The position numbers and the translations under genes are program-made. From positions 1 to 53,000 of the forward strand of contig JAJPHT010000008.1 in NCBI GenBank assembly GCA_021325135.1: DNA of 53,000 nt, in the 5' to 3' direction. Every line of letters begins with the position of its first letter. The first letter of the stretch is position 1. The notes below the pieces were generated by a model. That model did no database searches, was not told where the DNA came from, and was given only the letters and a program-made list of their open reading frames with translations. Shown one piece after another: positions 1 through 9,355 of this stretch. The DNA is from Pseudomonadota bacterium (GTDB lineage: Archaea > Thermoplasmatota > SW-10-69-26 > JACQPN01 > JAJPHT01).

Positions 1-6
1 ATTGTC

Positions 7-184
7 CGGATTCCTTGTAGGGGGCCGAAGTCGCCGCCGAAGGCGGCGACGGAGCGCCCCCTAAGGGCAATTCTGATCGGAATCCGCGGTCGCCGGGGGT
101 CCGAAGGACCCCCCGCCACCGCTGCAAGAAGAAAGAGGCAAACACAAAAGAGCGTCTGCAACGCGAGCGAAGCGAGCGTTGCAG
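7..184. repeat. Cluster of three GAA-loop hairpins (REP-like palindromic element / possible terminator downstream of gap)
   Basis: Nested stem CGGATTCC(7-14)/GGAATCCG(79-86), TAGGGGGC(18-25)/GCCCCCTA(56-63), GTCGCCGCC-GAA-GGCGGCGAC(30-50); second hairpin GGGGGTCC-GAA-GGACCCCC(95-113); third CTGCAACGC-GA-GC-GAA-GC-GA-GCGTTGCAG(156-184) abutting the gap stop codon. Confidence 0.7.
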
Positions 185-1240
185 TTAGTATTCCTTCAGC
201 AGGTACTGGTCGAACACGCTCATGCGCTTCTGCCAGTCCTCGGGGTGCAGCTTCCGCGTGGCCATGGCAATGCTGGAGAGCAGCGCGTTGCCGTCCTGGG
301 GCGTGAAGGCGTAGCCCGTGACGTCCTTGCCGTTCTCGCTGACGTGCAGGCTGGGCGTGACGACGACGGTCTGGCTCAGGATGCGGCCGAAGGGGCCGTG
401 CTCGCGGGCGAAGCTGAAGACGAGGTTGGTGGCCGTCTTGTCGGTAAGGCCGACGAAGCGGTCGTTCTTGAGGAGCTTCTTGACGTCGTCCAGCGTCGTC
501 GGGCTCTTGAGGCGGAAGTGGAAGTGCGCGGTGTGCATGAACTGGGTGTTCAGCTTCATCGCGCTGCTGAAGAGGTTGACGTCCTTGTTCAGCGTGCTCT
601 TGTAGAGGTTGGCGGCGTCGGTGGCGTGGTGCGTGCCGCGGGCCTCCTTGTGCTTCTCCACGGTGGGCGCCTGGATGAACTTGGAGTCGCCCACGTCGCC
701 GGCGCGGCGGATGAGGACGAGGCGGCCCTCCTCCAGGTTCGCGCCGTCGTGGGTCAGCGCGTGGACGAGGCGGACGGTGGTGTGCGTGTTGCAGGACACC
801 ACGTGGACGTAGCGCTCCTTGGCGGGGTCGACGGCGGCGTCGTTGATGCCCAGAGCGTACATGGCGCCGAAGCCCTCCTCGCTGCCCTGCGCCATGAAGA
901 GCTTGTCGCCCTGGAGCTTGGAGTAGATGTGCTCCTTGTTCTCCAGGCCCGAGTCCTCGGGCGTGCAGTCGATGACGACGCGGGCGCGCTCCAGGGCGGC
1001 CTGCGCGGAGAGGTCGGGGGCGAGGCCGATCTTCTCGAACTCGGCCTTCTTGTCGTCCGCGACGGCGAGCTTCGCGCCGGCCTTGCGCAGCGCGTTGACC
1101 ATGGGGCGGTCCTCCTTGCGCGGGGAGTGCTTGTAGAAGGTGACCTCGTCGATGCCCAGCTCGTTGCGGTACTTCGCGAGCAGGCCGACGATGGGCTCGC
1201 CGATGGTGCCGGTGCCGACCACGTGGACGATGTTCGCCAT
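185..1240 (-). CDS. gap: Archaeal-type (type II) glyceraldehyde-3-phosphate dehydrogenase-like protein
   Basis: 351 aa; N-terminal Rossmann motif VVGTGTIG, VIDCTP, QGSE, catalytic-type VVSCNT motif, THHATD and QFMH segments typical of archaeal GAPDH; strong GC3 codon bias on this strand. Confidence 0.8.
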   Translation of the reverse strand: MANIVHVVGTGTIGEPIVGLLAKYRNELGIDEVTFYKHSPRKEDRPMVNALRKAGAKLAVADDKKAEFEKIGLAPDLSAQAALERARVVIDCTPEDSGLENKEHIYSKLQGDKLFMAQGSEEGFGAMYALGINDAAVDPAKERYVHVVSCNTHTTVRLVHALTHDGANLEEGRLVLIRRAGDVGDSKFIQAPTVEKHKEARGTHHATDAANLYKSTLNKDVNLFSSAMKLNTQFMHTAHFHFRLKSPTTLDDVKKLLKNDRFVGLTDKTATNLVFSFAREHGPFGRILSQTVVVTPSLHVSENGKDVTGYAFTPQDGNALLSSIAMATRKLHPEDWQKRMSVFDQYLLKEY

Positions 1241-1345
1241 GGGGCTCGATTTTCAGAATCCCGAGGGGGTCTTCAAGGATTCGGGTCGGAGGGTGGTTCT
1301 CCGTGACACCTCCGGGGTGGCAGAGGGTGGGCCCCCCGCTCGCTC

Positions 1346-1448
1346 GGGTCCAAAGAACGCGACGAGCGCAAAGAGCGCCAAGGTCGCCACGGCGTCTTTC
1401 GTCGTCGCGTCCTTCGCGCTCGTGGCGCTCGTCGCGTTCTTTGGACCC
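1346..1448. repeat. ~103-bp palindrome with perfect 24-bp terminal inverted repeats and internal 9-nt periodicity (MITE/REP-like)
   Basis: GGGTCCAAAGAACGCGACGAGCGC (1346-1369) is the exact reverse complement of 1425-1448; imperfect pairing continues inward to a TCTTT loop (1395-1399). Confidence 0.85.
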
Positions 1449-1470
1449 TTGACCAGGGAGCCGATCAGGC

Positions 1471-4400
1471 TCAGCGCCGGCGCCTCAGGAGCAGCGCCCC
1501 AGCGACGACCGCCAGCGCGACGAGCCCCACGCCGGGCCCAGGAAGCGCGTTCCCGGCCTTGGCGCTGAAGACGACGGCGCCTTCGGAGAGCTTCTGGTTG
1601 CCCGCGGCGTCCTGCGCCGTGACGTCCAGCGTGTAGGCGCCCGCGGAGGGGTTGAGGGGCACCTCGAAGACGCCTGCGCTCTTGCGGATGGCGTTGAGGG
1701 TCTGCACGACCTGGCCGTCCTTCTTCACGAGCACCTGGACGGCGGTGACCTTGGCGTCGGTCTCGACGCGCACGGTGGCGTCCTCCCCGGCCTTGGGCGC
1801 GCTGGGCGTGAGCGTCACGCTGCGGATGCCCGGAGGCGTGTTGTCGACGGTGAAGTTGAAGAACGCCACGTTGGGGACGTGGTAGAGGTTCTGCGCGCTC
1901 ACCATGACCTGCACCGTGCCGCTGGCGAAGCCGCTGGTGTCGAGGGTGTAGTTCCGGCCCATGTCGTAGGTCACGCCGCGCACGGTGTAGTTCGCCGACG
2001 CGATGCCCAGGGGGTCGCTGATGGCGAGCTTCACGGGGGCGCCCGTGCGGATGGTGGTCGGCTGGCCGGGGGCCAGCGCGATGGTGGGCAGGCTTCCGGG
2101 CGTGATGGTGAAGTGGGCGAGGATCTCATGCGTGTCGTTGGCGTTGGGCGTGGGCGCGTTGTCGATGGCCGCGAGGGTGACGCCGTAGGCGCCGGCCGCG
2201 GTCCAGGGCTGCGTCACGGCGTAGACGCCGTCGCTGCCGGGGAGCATGAGGAGGCTCACCACGTCGTTGGCCGGCGTCACCACGTTGGCGCGGACGCTGG
2301 AGAGGCCCGTCGCGTCGGTGATGGACGCGCGGATGGTGACGTTCTGGCCCAGGGTCGCGGTGGGCGGGTCCACGCTCACGGCGGAGATGACGGGCTTCGC
2401 GTCGTCGATGACCGTGGTGGTGGCGGTCGCGAGGACCACCGCGCCGGGGCGGAAGGTGGGGACGACGCGCACGGTGACGAGGTCGCTGGACGTGCCAGGC
2501 AGGTCCGGGATCGTCATGTCGACGCGGATGGGGATCAGCGCGAGGCGCGGCAGGTCGAGGTCCAGCGAGGTCTTGCCGACGGGGACCCAGCCGTGGGCGC
2601 TCTGGATCTCCACGTGCACGGGCTCCGAGGGCTGGTTACCCGTGTACTGGACCTGGAAGACGTTGGGCGGCTGGCTGTAGGAGATGGCCTCGCCCGGGTG
2701 GCCGTCGAGCCCCTGCGCGGGGACGAGGCGGATGGCGTTGGCGGTGCGCAAGGTCACCGCGCGCGTGGCGGCGTTGTTCGTCTCGTCGATCTCCGAGATG
2801 GCGTTGGCGGGGTCGATGGTGGCCTGGAGGACGACGGAGCCGTCGAGGCCCGTCGTGTCCCACACGAGGGGCACGTCGCGCAGCGCGCCCGCGCGCAGGT
2901 CCGAGGGGCCCAGGGTGACGTTGCCCACGAGGGTCTGCGCGCCGTCCTTCACGGCGACGACGCCCACGGTGACCGGGCCCGCGGGCGGGTGGTTGCCCTG
3001 GTTGCCCACGCGCAGCGTGAGCGCGACGGGGTCGCCCGCGTAGGGCGTCGTGGTGTTGAGGTCGATGCGCGTGACGAAGAGGTCGGGGCCGCTGATGCGC
3101 CCTTCGACGACGGTCTCCTTGGGGCGGCCGTGGTCGCCGCTGGGGGAGAAGGTGAGGGTGAGGCGCGAGATGTCGCCCACCTCGCCGGCCGCGGGCGCGC
3201 GCAGCGTCACGACGACGTCGCCCTCCGAGGCGCCCGTCCCCGAGGAGCCCACGGGGTTGAGCACGAGGGAGGTGGGGCTCGCGGTGGCGCCCCAGCTGGC
3301 GTCGGAGTTGTCCAGCTTCACGCTGAAGTTGCTCGCCTCGTTGCCCACGTTGCGGACGTGCACGGTGTAGGTCGTCGTGTTGCCGGGGTCCACGAACTGG
3401 GAGGAGGGCGTCGCGGTCAGCTCCGCGTTGGGGCCCTGGATGACGCTGACCTTGGCCTCCATGGGGGCCGCCACGGGGCGCAGCGCGGGGCGGTCCTGCG
3501 GGTCGGTGGAGGAGACGTTGACGAAGAAGTCCGCCAGCGTGTCGGGGGGCGTGTTGGGCGGGACCGTGGCGTTGAGGGAGAACGCCGCGGAGCCGAAGGG
3601 GGGCAGCGTCAGCGTGGTGTTGGAGACGGACCACGTCCAGCCGGGCGGCTGGTGGGCCACGGCGATGGTGAGGTTCTCGGGGCCGTTGCCCGGGTTGCTG
3701 ACGCTCATGCTGAAGCTCGCCGTGTCGCCGGGCACCACGAGCTGCAGGGGGTTGACCAGCTGCGCGCTGAGGCCGTACTGCTGGTCCAGGAGCAGCGTGA
3801 ACGCGACGCGCGCGGGCGTCGTCGCGTCGGTGGAGGTGCTCTGCACGAGGTACGAGACGGTGTAGTACCCCTTGGTCGCGTTCGCGGGGGGCGAGAGCGT
3901 GGCCGTCGCGGTGGCGTGCTGGCCCGCGTCCAGGTCGACGGGGGCGGGGATGGACGTGGAGCCGAGCCACGAGTCGTTGATGGTGGAGTGGTCGCGGTCC
4001 AGCGTGATGGCGTACTGGTCGTGGGCGTTGCCGGTGTTGGCGATCACGAGAGGCAGGCTCGTGACGTTGCCGATGCTGGCGCCGGTGAAGTTGTCCTTGA
4101 GCGTCGTCGTCACGTTGAGGCCGTGGCGCGTCGCGACGAGGAAGGGCAGGAGCGTGGAGGCCTTGCACTCGCCCGCGTCGTTGAGCGAGTCGGGGCAGTC
4201 CTGCGTGCGGTCGCTGCGGACGGTGGCGTCGGTCTGCGAGACCCACGCGACGGTGAGGTTGGGCGCGTTGCCCATGTTGAAGCTGATCCCCGCCGCCTCC
4301 GTGGAGGGGACGACCACGGTCACGGTCACGGTCTTGGAGTCGCCGGGGTTGACGTAGACGGGCGGCGCGGGCGAGTAGCTCACGAGGTAGTGCGAGGGGT

Positions 4401-5184
4401 CGAAGCCGCCGGGCCACGCGATCTGGGGCACGAACGTGTCGGCCTGGTTGCCGGCGTTGGTGAGGCGGTACGTGGACGCGATGGCCTGGCCGGGCTGCGC
4501 GGTGCAGGCGGCGGCCGTCACGGCGGGCGCGTCCTTGCAGCGCGCGGCCGCGTCCGCGGGCTTCCACGGGTCGTTGACGAAGGTGACGACGTCGCTGCTG
4601 GGCCGCGGGGGCGCGGGGCGGTCCGGGTAGGAGAAGACCTTGGGCGTCTTGGCGACGATGGTGAAGTACGCGACGTTGTTGTCGGTGGCCGCGTCGGGGC
4701 CGGGGCCCACGTTCCCGAGGCCCGTGGGGTCGGTGCGCGGGCACCCGTTGTCCTGGCTCACGCAGGTGTTCTCGATCTTGGTGCCGATGTAGATGGCCCC
4801 GTGGTTGGAGTACGCCATGGCAGGCGTGACGTTCCACGAGAAGGTCTTCTCCTGCTCGACGTTGGGGGCAAGGCCGGGCGCGAACTGCACGTAGCACGCG
4901 GGGGGCTGCGTGTTGTCGCGGCCGCTTCCCGCGGTGGTGAGGCAGTCGGAGGAGTGCGTGACGTCGTTCCAGCCGACGAAGACGGTGAAGGTGGGCGACT
5001 GCGCGGTGCCCACGTTGCGGACCTTGACGTGGACCGTCGTGGTCTGGTTCACGATGGGGTTGTCCACGGTGAAGGACGTGACGACGAGGTCGGAGCCGGT
5101 GCCCTGCGCGTGGGCCGTGAGGGGGAGCGAGCTGAGGGCCATGAGGGCCACGAAGGCGACGGCGACGGTCCTATTCGGCAGCAT
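1471..5184 (-). CDS. Large cell-surface protein (signal peptide, CARDB, NEW3-like Ig repeats, C-terminal PGF-CTERM-like anchor)
   Basis: 1237 aa; signal peptide ending AHA-Q; CARDB-like SDLVV...VRNVG and PDLFV...ISEIDETNN; repeated NxGNxxD motifs; tail LPGPG + hydrophobic stretch + RRRR; many N-x-S/T sequons. Confidence 0.9.
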   Translation of the reverse strand: MLPNRTVAVAFVALMALSSLPLTAHAQGTGSDLVVTSFTVDNPIVNQTTTVHVKVRNVGTAQSPTFTVFVGWNDVTHSSDCLTTAGSGRDNTQPPACYVQFAPGLAPNVEQEKTFSWNVTPAMAYSNHGAIYIGTKIENTCVSQDNGCPRTDPTGLGNVGPGPDAATDNNVAYFTIVAKTPKVFSYPDRPAPPRPSSDVVTFVNDPWKPADAAARCKDAPAVTAAACTAQPGQAIASTYRLTNAGNQADTFVPQIAWPGGFDPSHYLVSYSPAPPVYVNPGDSKTVTVTVVVPSTEAAGISFNMGNAPNLTVAWVSQTDATVRSDRTQDCPDSLNDAGECKASTLLPFLVATRHGLNVTTTLKDNFTGASIGNVTSLPLVIANTGNAHDQYAITLDRDHSTINDSWLGSTSIPAPVDLDAGQHATATATLSPPANATKGYYTVSYLVQSTSTDATTPARVAFTLLLDQQYGLSAQLVNPLQLVVPGDTASFSMSVSNPGNGPENLTIAVAHQPPGWTWSVSNTTLTLPPFGSAAFSLNATVPPNTPPDTLADFFVNVSSTDPQDRPALRPVAAPMEAKVSVIQGPNAELTATPSSQFVDPGNTTTYTVHVRNVGNEASNFSVKLDNSDASWGATASPTSLVLNPVGSSGTGASEGDVVVTLRAPAAGEVGDISRLTLTFSPSGDHGRPKETVVEGRISGPDLFVTRIDLNTTTPYAGDPVALTLRVGNQGNHPPAGPVTVGVVAVKDGAQTLVGNVTLGPSDLRAGALRDVPLVWDTTGLDGSVVLQATIDPANAISEIDETNNAATRAVTLRTANAIRLVPAQGLDGHPGEAISYSQPPNVFQVQYTGNQPSEPVHVEIQSAHGWVPVGKTSLDLDLPRLALIPIRVDMTIPDLPGTSSDLVTVRVVPTFRPGAVVLATATTTVIDDAKPVISAVSVDPPTATLGQNVTIRASITDATGLSSVRANVVTPANDVVSLLMLPGSDGVYAVTQPWTAAGAYGVTLAAIDNAPTPNANDTHEILAHFTITPGSLPTIALAPGQPTTIRTGAPVKLAISDPLGIASANYTVRGVTYDMGRNYTLDTSGFASGTVQVMVSAQNLYHVPNVAFFNFTVDNTPPGIRSVTLTPSAPKAGEDATVRVETDAKVTAVQVLVKKDGQVVQTLNAIRKSAGVFEVPLNPSAGAYTLDVTAQDAAGNQKLSEGAVVFSAKAGNALPGPGVGLVALAVVAGALLLRRRR

Positions 5185-5854
5185 CGGAAGCGGGCTCCTG
5201 GGAAGACGAGGTCGACGGGCGGCGCCACGGGGGGCGCGCGCCGCGGAAGAGGACGAGGACGCTCCCCGCGCCCATGAGGGCGAGGGAGGCGAGGGCCACG
5301 CCCAGGGGGGACGTGGTCTCCAGCGCGGCGCGCCACTGGGCGGGGCCCGCGAGGGAGAGGAGGAAGGCGAGCCCCACGCCCGCGCCCGCCAGCGCCAGGG
5401 CGAGGCCGAGGCGCCCCGCCAGCGTGGCGAGGGCCTCGTCGGTCACGCGGTTGAGGTGGTCCTCGGGGAGGCCGTCGGACTCCACGGCGCGGTGAGCGGC
5501 CTCGTAGCGGCCCATCATGTGGACCAGCTCGCCGTAGGCCAGCGCGGCGCCCGCGAAGGCGAGCCCCACGGCGTAGGCGAGGAGGCCGGGCGATAGCATT
5601 CCGCCGGGCAGCGCGGCGAGGACGAGGAGGAGGACCGCGGCGAGGGCCAGGGGCGGCGACCGGCGCAGGACGCCCACGACGCCCGCGAAGGCGCCCGCGG
5701 CGAGGAGGGCGTAGGAGAGCGCGGCGGGGACCTCGACGCCGAAGAGGCGGTCCGCGCCCTGGCGCGAGGCGGCGAAGGCCAGCGCGGAGGCCGCGGCGAG
5801 GGCGCCGTAGGCGATGCCCTGGAGGCGGCGCTCGTGGGGGAAGGGCTTGCTCAT
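5171..5854 (-). CDS. Multi-pass membrane protein associated with MoxR/DUF58 cluster
   Basis: 227 aa from ATG at 5854 (MSKPFPHERR), which overlaps the upstream stop as ATGA; GGGAGG SD upstream; about 6 hydrophobic segments. The ORF-track extension to 7096 is spurious. Confidence 0.8.
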   Translation of the reverse strand: MSKPFPHERRLQGIAYGALAAASALAFAASRQGADRLFGVEVPAALSYALLAAGAFAGVVGVLRRSPPLALAAVLLLVLAALPGGMLSPGLLAYAVGLAFAGAALAYGELVHMMGRYEAAHRAVESDGLPEDHLNRVTDEALATLAGRLGLALALAGAGVGLAFLLSLAGPAQWRAALETTSPLGVALASLALMGAGSVLVLFRGARPPWRRPSTSSSQEPASDAAE

Positions 5855-7098
5855 TGGACCAGCAGCCTCCCCTTCTCCATGACGGCGGCGAGGCTCTGGT
5901 CGGGCTCGAAGTCGATGACCACCGCGCCGTAGCCGCGAAGCTCGTTGAGCGTGGCCTGGCGCTCGGCGAGGAGCGCTTCGGCGAAGACGGGCTCCAGGCC
6001 CGGAAGGCTCGTGGGGCGGGGGGAGACGACGGCCACGAGCATGTCGTTGGCCAGGAGGATGCTGGCGGCCTCCACCACGGTGCCGTCGTCGAGCATGGGC
6101 GAGACGAGGAGGACGGGCGTCCTCGGCTTGAGGGTGGGGAGCGTCTGGCTGACGGCGAGGCGCAGCGGCAGGGCGCCGGTGGGCTGCAGCTCCGCCAGCG
6201 TCTCCAGGAGGAGGGGGATCATGCGGTCGGCGGGCTGCGGCTCGATCTCGCGCACGCCCTCGCCGTAGAGGATGACGCGCGGCTGGTCCTTGCGGGAGAA
6301 GACGAGCTCGAAGAGGCTCGCGGCGGCGCGGGCGACCAGGACGCGGCCGCTCTCGCTCTCCTTGCCGGCCGCGGTGATGGCGCGGCCGTCCACGAACACC
6401 GCGACCTCCGCGGCGGTGGTGCGCATCATCTGGTTGACCATCATCTTGCCCGAGCGCGCGCTGGCCTTCCAGTTGATGGCGCGCATGGTGTCGCCGGGGA
6501 CGTACTCGCGCAGGGCGAAGAAGTCGAAGCCGTCGCCGGGGCGGTTCACCTGGTGGTCGCCCATGAGCGGCATGGGGAGGTTTGATATCAGGGCCGCCTT
6601 GCGGAGGTCCTCGCGGCGCGGCAGGACCCAGAAGGTGCTGGTGCCCTCCACGGACCTCTCCTCGTAGAAGAGGCCGAAGGGGTCCTCCAGGCGCAGGTCG
6701 GTGGGGCCGATCTCGTGGACGCCGAGAAGGGGCGCCTGCATCGTGTAGCGAAGCTCGTCGACGCCGCCCGAGGGGAGCGCCACGAAGTCGTAGGCGGCGC
6801 CGCCGGCGACCTTGATCTGGCGGGGGAGGCGGTCGCGGACCTCCAGGAAGAGGAGGCGCTTGCTGGGGTTGCGCACGACGACGCGCGCCTCGGTGGACTC
6901 GCCTTCGGTGACGCGCTGGAGGTCCAGGTGGCGCGTGGCGGTGACCTCCTCGCTGCCGCGGAAGAGCCAGCGGTTGACCAGGACGAAGGCGAGCGCGACC
7001 GTGCCGGCGGCGAGCGCAGCGGGGCTGCGCGCGGCGACGCCCAGGACCGCAAGCGCGATCCCGAGGCCGGTCAACAGGCTCGACTTCCTCGTCCACAT
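5851..7098 (-). CDS. DUF58 family (vWA-like) MoxR partner with N-terminal TM segments
   Basis: 415 aa from ATG 7098 (MWTRKSS); N-terminal hydrophobic helices; EDPFGLF; hallmark GDGFDFFALREYVPGDTMRAINWKASAR; directly downstream of moxR. Confidence 0.92.
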   Translation of the reverse strand: MWTRKSSLLTGLGIALAVLGVAARSPAALAAGTVALAFVLVNRWLFRGSEEVTATRHLDLQRVTEGESTEARVVVRNPSKRLLFLEVRDRLPRQIKVAGGAAYDFVALPSGGVDELRYTMQAPLLGVHEIGPTDLRLEDPFGLFYEERSVEGTSTFWVLPRREDLRKAALISNLPMPLMGDHQVNRPGDGFDFFALREYVPGDTMRAINWKASARSGKMMVNQMMRTTAAEVAVFVDGRAITAAGKESESGRVLVARAAASLFELVFSRKDQPRVILYGEGVREIEPQPADRMIPLLLETLAELQPTGALPLRLAVSQTLPTLKPRTPVLLVSPMLDDGTVVEAASILLANDMLVAVVSPRPTSLPGLEPVFAEALLAERQATLNELRGYGAVVIDFEPDQSLAAVMEKGRLLVQ

Positions 7099-7100
7099 GG

Positions 7101-8132
7101 TCAGACCTTGGGCACGGGCGTGCTGTCGAGGATGCCCTGCATGATGTCGGACGCCTTGACGCCCTTGATGCGGGGCTCCGGCTTCAGGATGACCCTGTGC
7201 GCGAGGACGGGCACCATGAGGCGCTTCACGTCGTCGGGGACGACGTAGTCGCGCCCGTGGAGCGCGGCCCAGCCGCGGCTGAGCTTGAAGAGGTTCTGCG
7301 TGCCGCGGGGCGAGGAGCCCGCCACGAGCTGCGGGTGCCTGCGCGTGGCGTCGATGAGCGTCGCGATGTAGCGGATCAATTCGTCCGCGACGTGGACGTT
7401 CTCGATGGCCTTCTGCATGGCGACGATCTGCTCGGCGCTGCTCACGGGCTTCACGTCGAAGTCGTCCTTGCCGCGCTTGGCGCGGCGGATGAGGATCTCC
7501 GCCTCCTCGTCCAGCGAGGGGTAGCCCATGCTGAGCTTCATGGCGAAGCGGTCCATCTGCGCCTCGGGGAGCGGGTACGTGCCGGCCTGCTCCACGGGGT
7601 TCTGCGTCGCCATGACGACGAAGGGCTTGGGGAGCTTCTGCGTGAAGCCCTCCACGGTGACCTGCTTCTCGGCCATGGCCTCCAGCATGGCGGACTGCGT
7701 CTTGGGCGAGGCGCGGTTGATCTCGTCCGCCAGCAGGTAGTTGGTGAAGATGGGGCCGGGGCGGAAGTCGAACTCGTGCGTCCTCTGGTTGAGGATGAAC
7801 GTGCCGTTGATGTCGCTGGGCAGAAGGTCGGGCGTGAACTGCACGCGCTTGAAGTCGCAGCCCGACGCGCGGGCCAGCGCGGCGGCGAGCACGGACTTGC
7901 CCAGGCCGGGCATGTCCTCCAGCAGGACGTGGCTGCCTTCGGTGAAGATGGCCAGCACCACGAGCTTGAGCTGGTCCTTCTTGCCGACGATGACGCGGCC
8001 CACCTCGTCGGTGAGGGCGGTGCCCGTGACGCCGACCTGGCGGATGGCCTCGCGGATCTTCGGGTCGCGGGGCGGGCCTTGCGCGGCAGGGCCCGCGGGC
8101 GTGATGCGGGTGGTCGTCTCGGGCGGGGTCAT
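7101..8132 (-). CDS. moxR: MoxR family AAA+ ATPase
   Basis: 343 aa; HVLLEDMPGLGKS (Walker A), RVQFTPDLLPSDI, LLADEINRASPKTQSAMLEAM (Walker B), ATQNPVEQAGTYPLPEAQMDRF, GRDYVVPDDVK. Confidence 0.97.
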   Translation of the reverse strand: MTPPETTTRITPAGPAAQGPPRDPKIREAIRQVGVTGTALTDEVGRVIVGKKDQLKLVVLAIFTEGSHVLLEDMPGLGKSVLAAALARASGCDFKRVQFTPDLLPSDINGTFILNQRTHEFDFRPGPIFTNYLLADEINRASPKTQSAMLEAMAEKQVTVEGFTQKLPKPFVVMATQNPVEQAGTYPLPEAQMDRFAMKLSMGYPSLDEEAEILIRRAKRGKDDFDVKPVSSAEQIVAMQKAIENVHVADELIRYIATLIDATRRHPQLVAGSSPRGTQNLFKLSRGWAALHGRDYVVPDDVKRLMVPVLAHRVILKPEPRIKGVKASDIMQGILDSTPVPKV

Positions 8133-9355
8133 GGGGGAGCCTCAGCTGCGTAGAGCTTGAAGATGGGAGAAGGGTCGGCGCGGAGCGTGCCGGCCGCCGC
8201 GTCCGCCAGGAGGCGATCGCCGCAGACGGCAAGCAGCTGCCCGGCGGTCATCGCCGCCACCTGCTCCAAGGGGATATTATGCTTTTCGCTGATGCGGCGG
8301 CGGGCGAGCCGCTGCGCGCGATCGAGGTCGGGGCGCACGGCCTCGGGGGCGGGGACCTCGTGGTCCGCGGAGTGCGCGTGGTGGCTCCAGTCCTGCGTCG
8401 CGCGCGTGAGCAGGACGCCCACGACGGTCGCGACGAGGAGGAGCGCGAGGAGCGCGTAGGTGACGAGGCCGCCGGAGGTGGCGCGGCCCAGCGCGCGGGC
8501 GGCGTCGTCGAAGGGCGCCAGGGGCGCGGCGGGCGCGTGGCGGCTCTCGTCCACGAGGATCGTGCCGCCGTTGCCCACGAGGCCGGTGGCCAGCGCGCGG
8601 ACGTAGGCGGCGTTCTCGTAGTCGGGCAGGTCCACCTGCTGGTTCATGAAGAGGCCCGTGTCGGAGACCAGGACCAGCGTGCCGGCGCCCAGGTGCGTCC
8701 GCACGAGGAGCGGGAAGGGCCCCGCAGGGTCCGCGCGGTCGATCTCGCCGTTGCCGTTCACGTCGCGATAGCTCCCCTGGGGGAAGGAGGAGCCCGCGCT
8801 GGAGGCGGCCAGCACGTCGTAGGCGCCCACGCGGTCCGGCAGCGGCACGAGCGCGGTGGGCGCGTTGAGGAGGAGGCGATAGCTGCGCCCATCGAGGGTG
8901 CTGTTGGTCACGACGAGCCGAGGGTCGCCGCGGTGGTTGCTGGAGTCCAGCACGCGGCTGCTGTCGAAGGCGAAGCCCGCGTCCTGCGCGATGGCCGTGG
9001 CGAAGCCGCCCTCGTCGGCGAGGATGACGCTGCCCCCCGCGCGCAGGAACGCCGCGACGGCGTCGGCCTCGCTGGCGTCGTAGCGCCGCTCGGCGCCCAG
9101 CACCAGGAGCAGTGTGCGCGAGGGGTCCTTCACGTCGGAGAGGAGCGTGGGCGTGGAGACGACGGCCTTGACCGTGGCGCCGGTGAGGCCAAGCTCGTCC
9201 TTGAGGTGCGAGGCGTCCTCGGCGCCGTCCTCATAGGCGGAGAGGTGCCGCTGCGCGCCGAAGAGGAGGAAGGGCGCGACGGCGACGAGGGCGAGGAGGG
9301 CCACGAGGGCGGCCGCGACGAGGCCCCGCTGCCGGGGGTCCTGAAGGAGCTTCAC
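8129..9355 (-). CDS. DUF4350-like membrane-anchored protein
   Basis: 408 aa; GTG start overlapping upstream stop (GTGA); N-terminal TM; FLRAGGSVILADE, GAGTLVLVSDTGLFMN and ILVDESRH motifs typical of DUF4350/GATase-like fold; second TM near C-terminus; canonical position before moxR. Confidence 0.8.
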   Translation of the reverse strand: MKLLQDPRQRGLVAAALVALLALVAVAPFLLFGAQRHLSAYEDGAEDASHLKDELGLTGATVKAVVSTPTLLSDVKDPSRTLLLVLGAERRYDASEADAVAAFLRAGGSVILADEGGFATAIAQDAGFAFDSSRVLDSSNHRGDPRLVVTNSTLDGRSYRLLLNAPTALVPLPDRVGAYDVLAASSAGSSFPQGSYRDVNGNGEIDRADPAGPFPLLVRTHLGAGTLVLVSDTGLFMNQQVDLPDYENAAYVRALATGLVGNGGTILVDESRHAPAAPLAPFDDAARALGRATSGGLVTYALLALLLVATVVGVLLTRATQDWSHHAHSADHEVPAPEAVRPDLDRAQRLARRRISEKHNIPLEQVAAMTAGQLLAVCGDRLLADAAAGTLRADPSPIFKLYAAEAPP

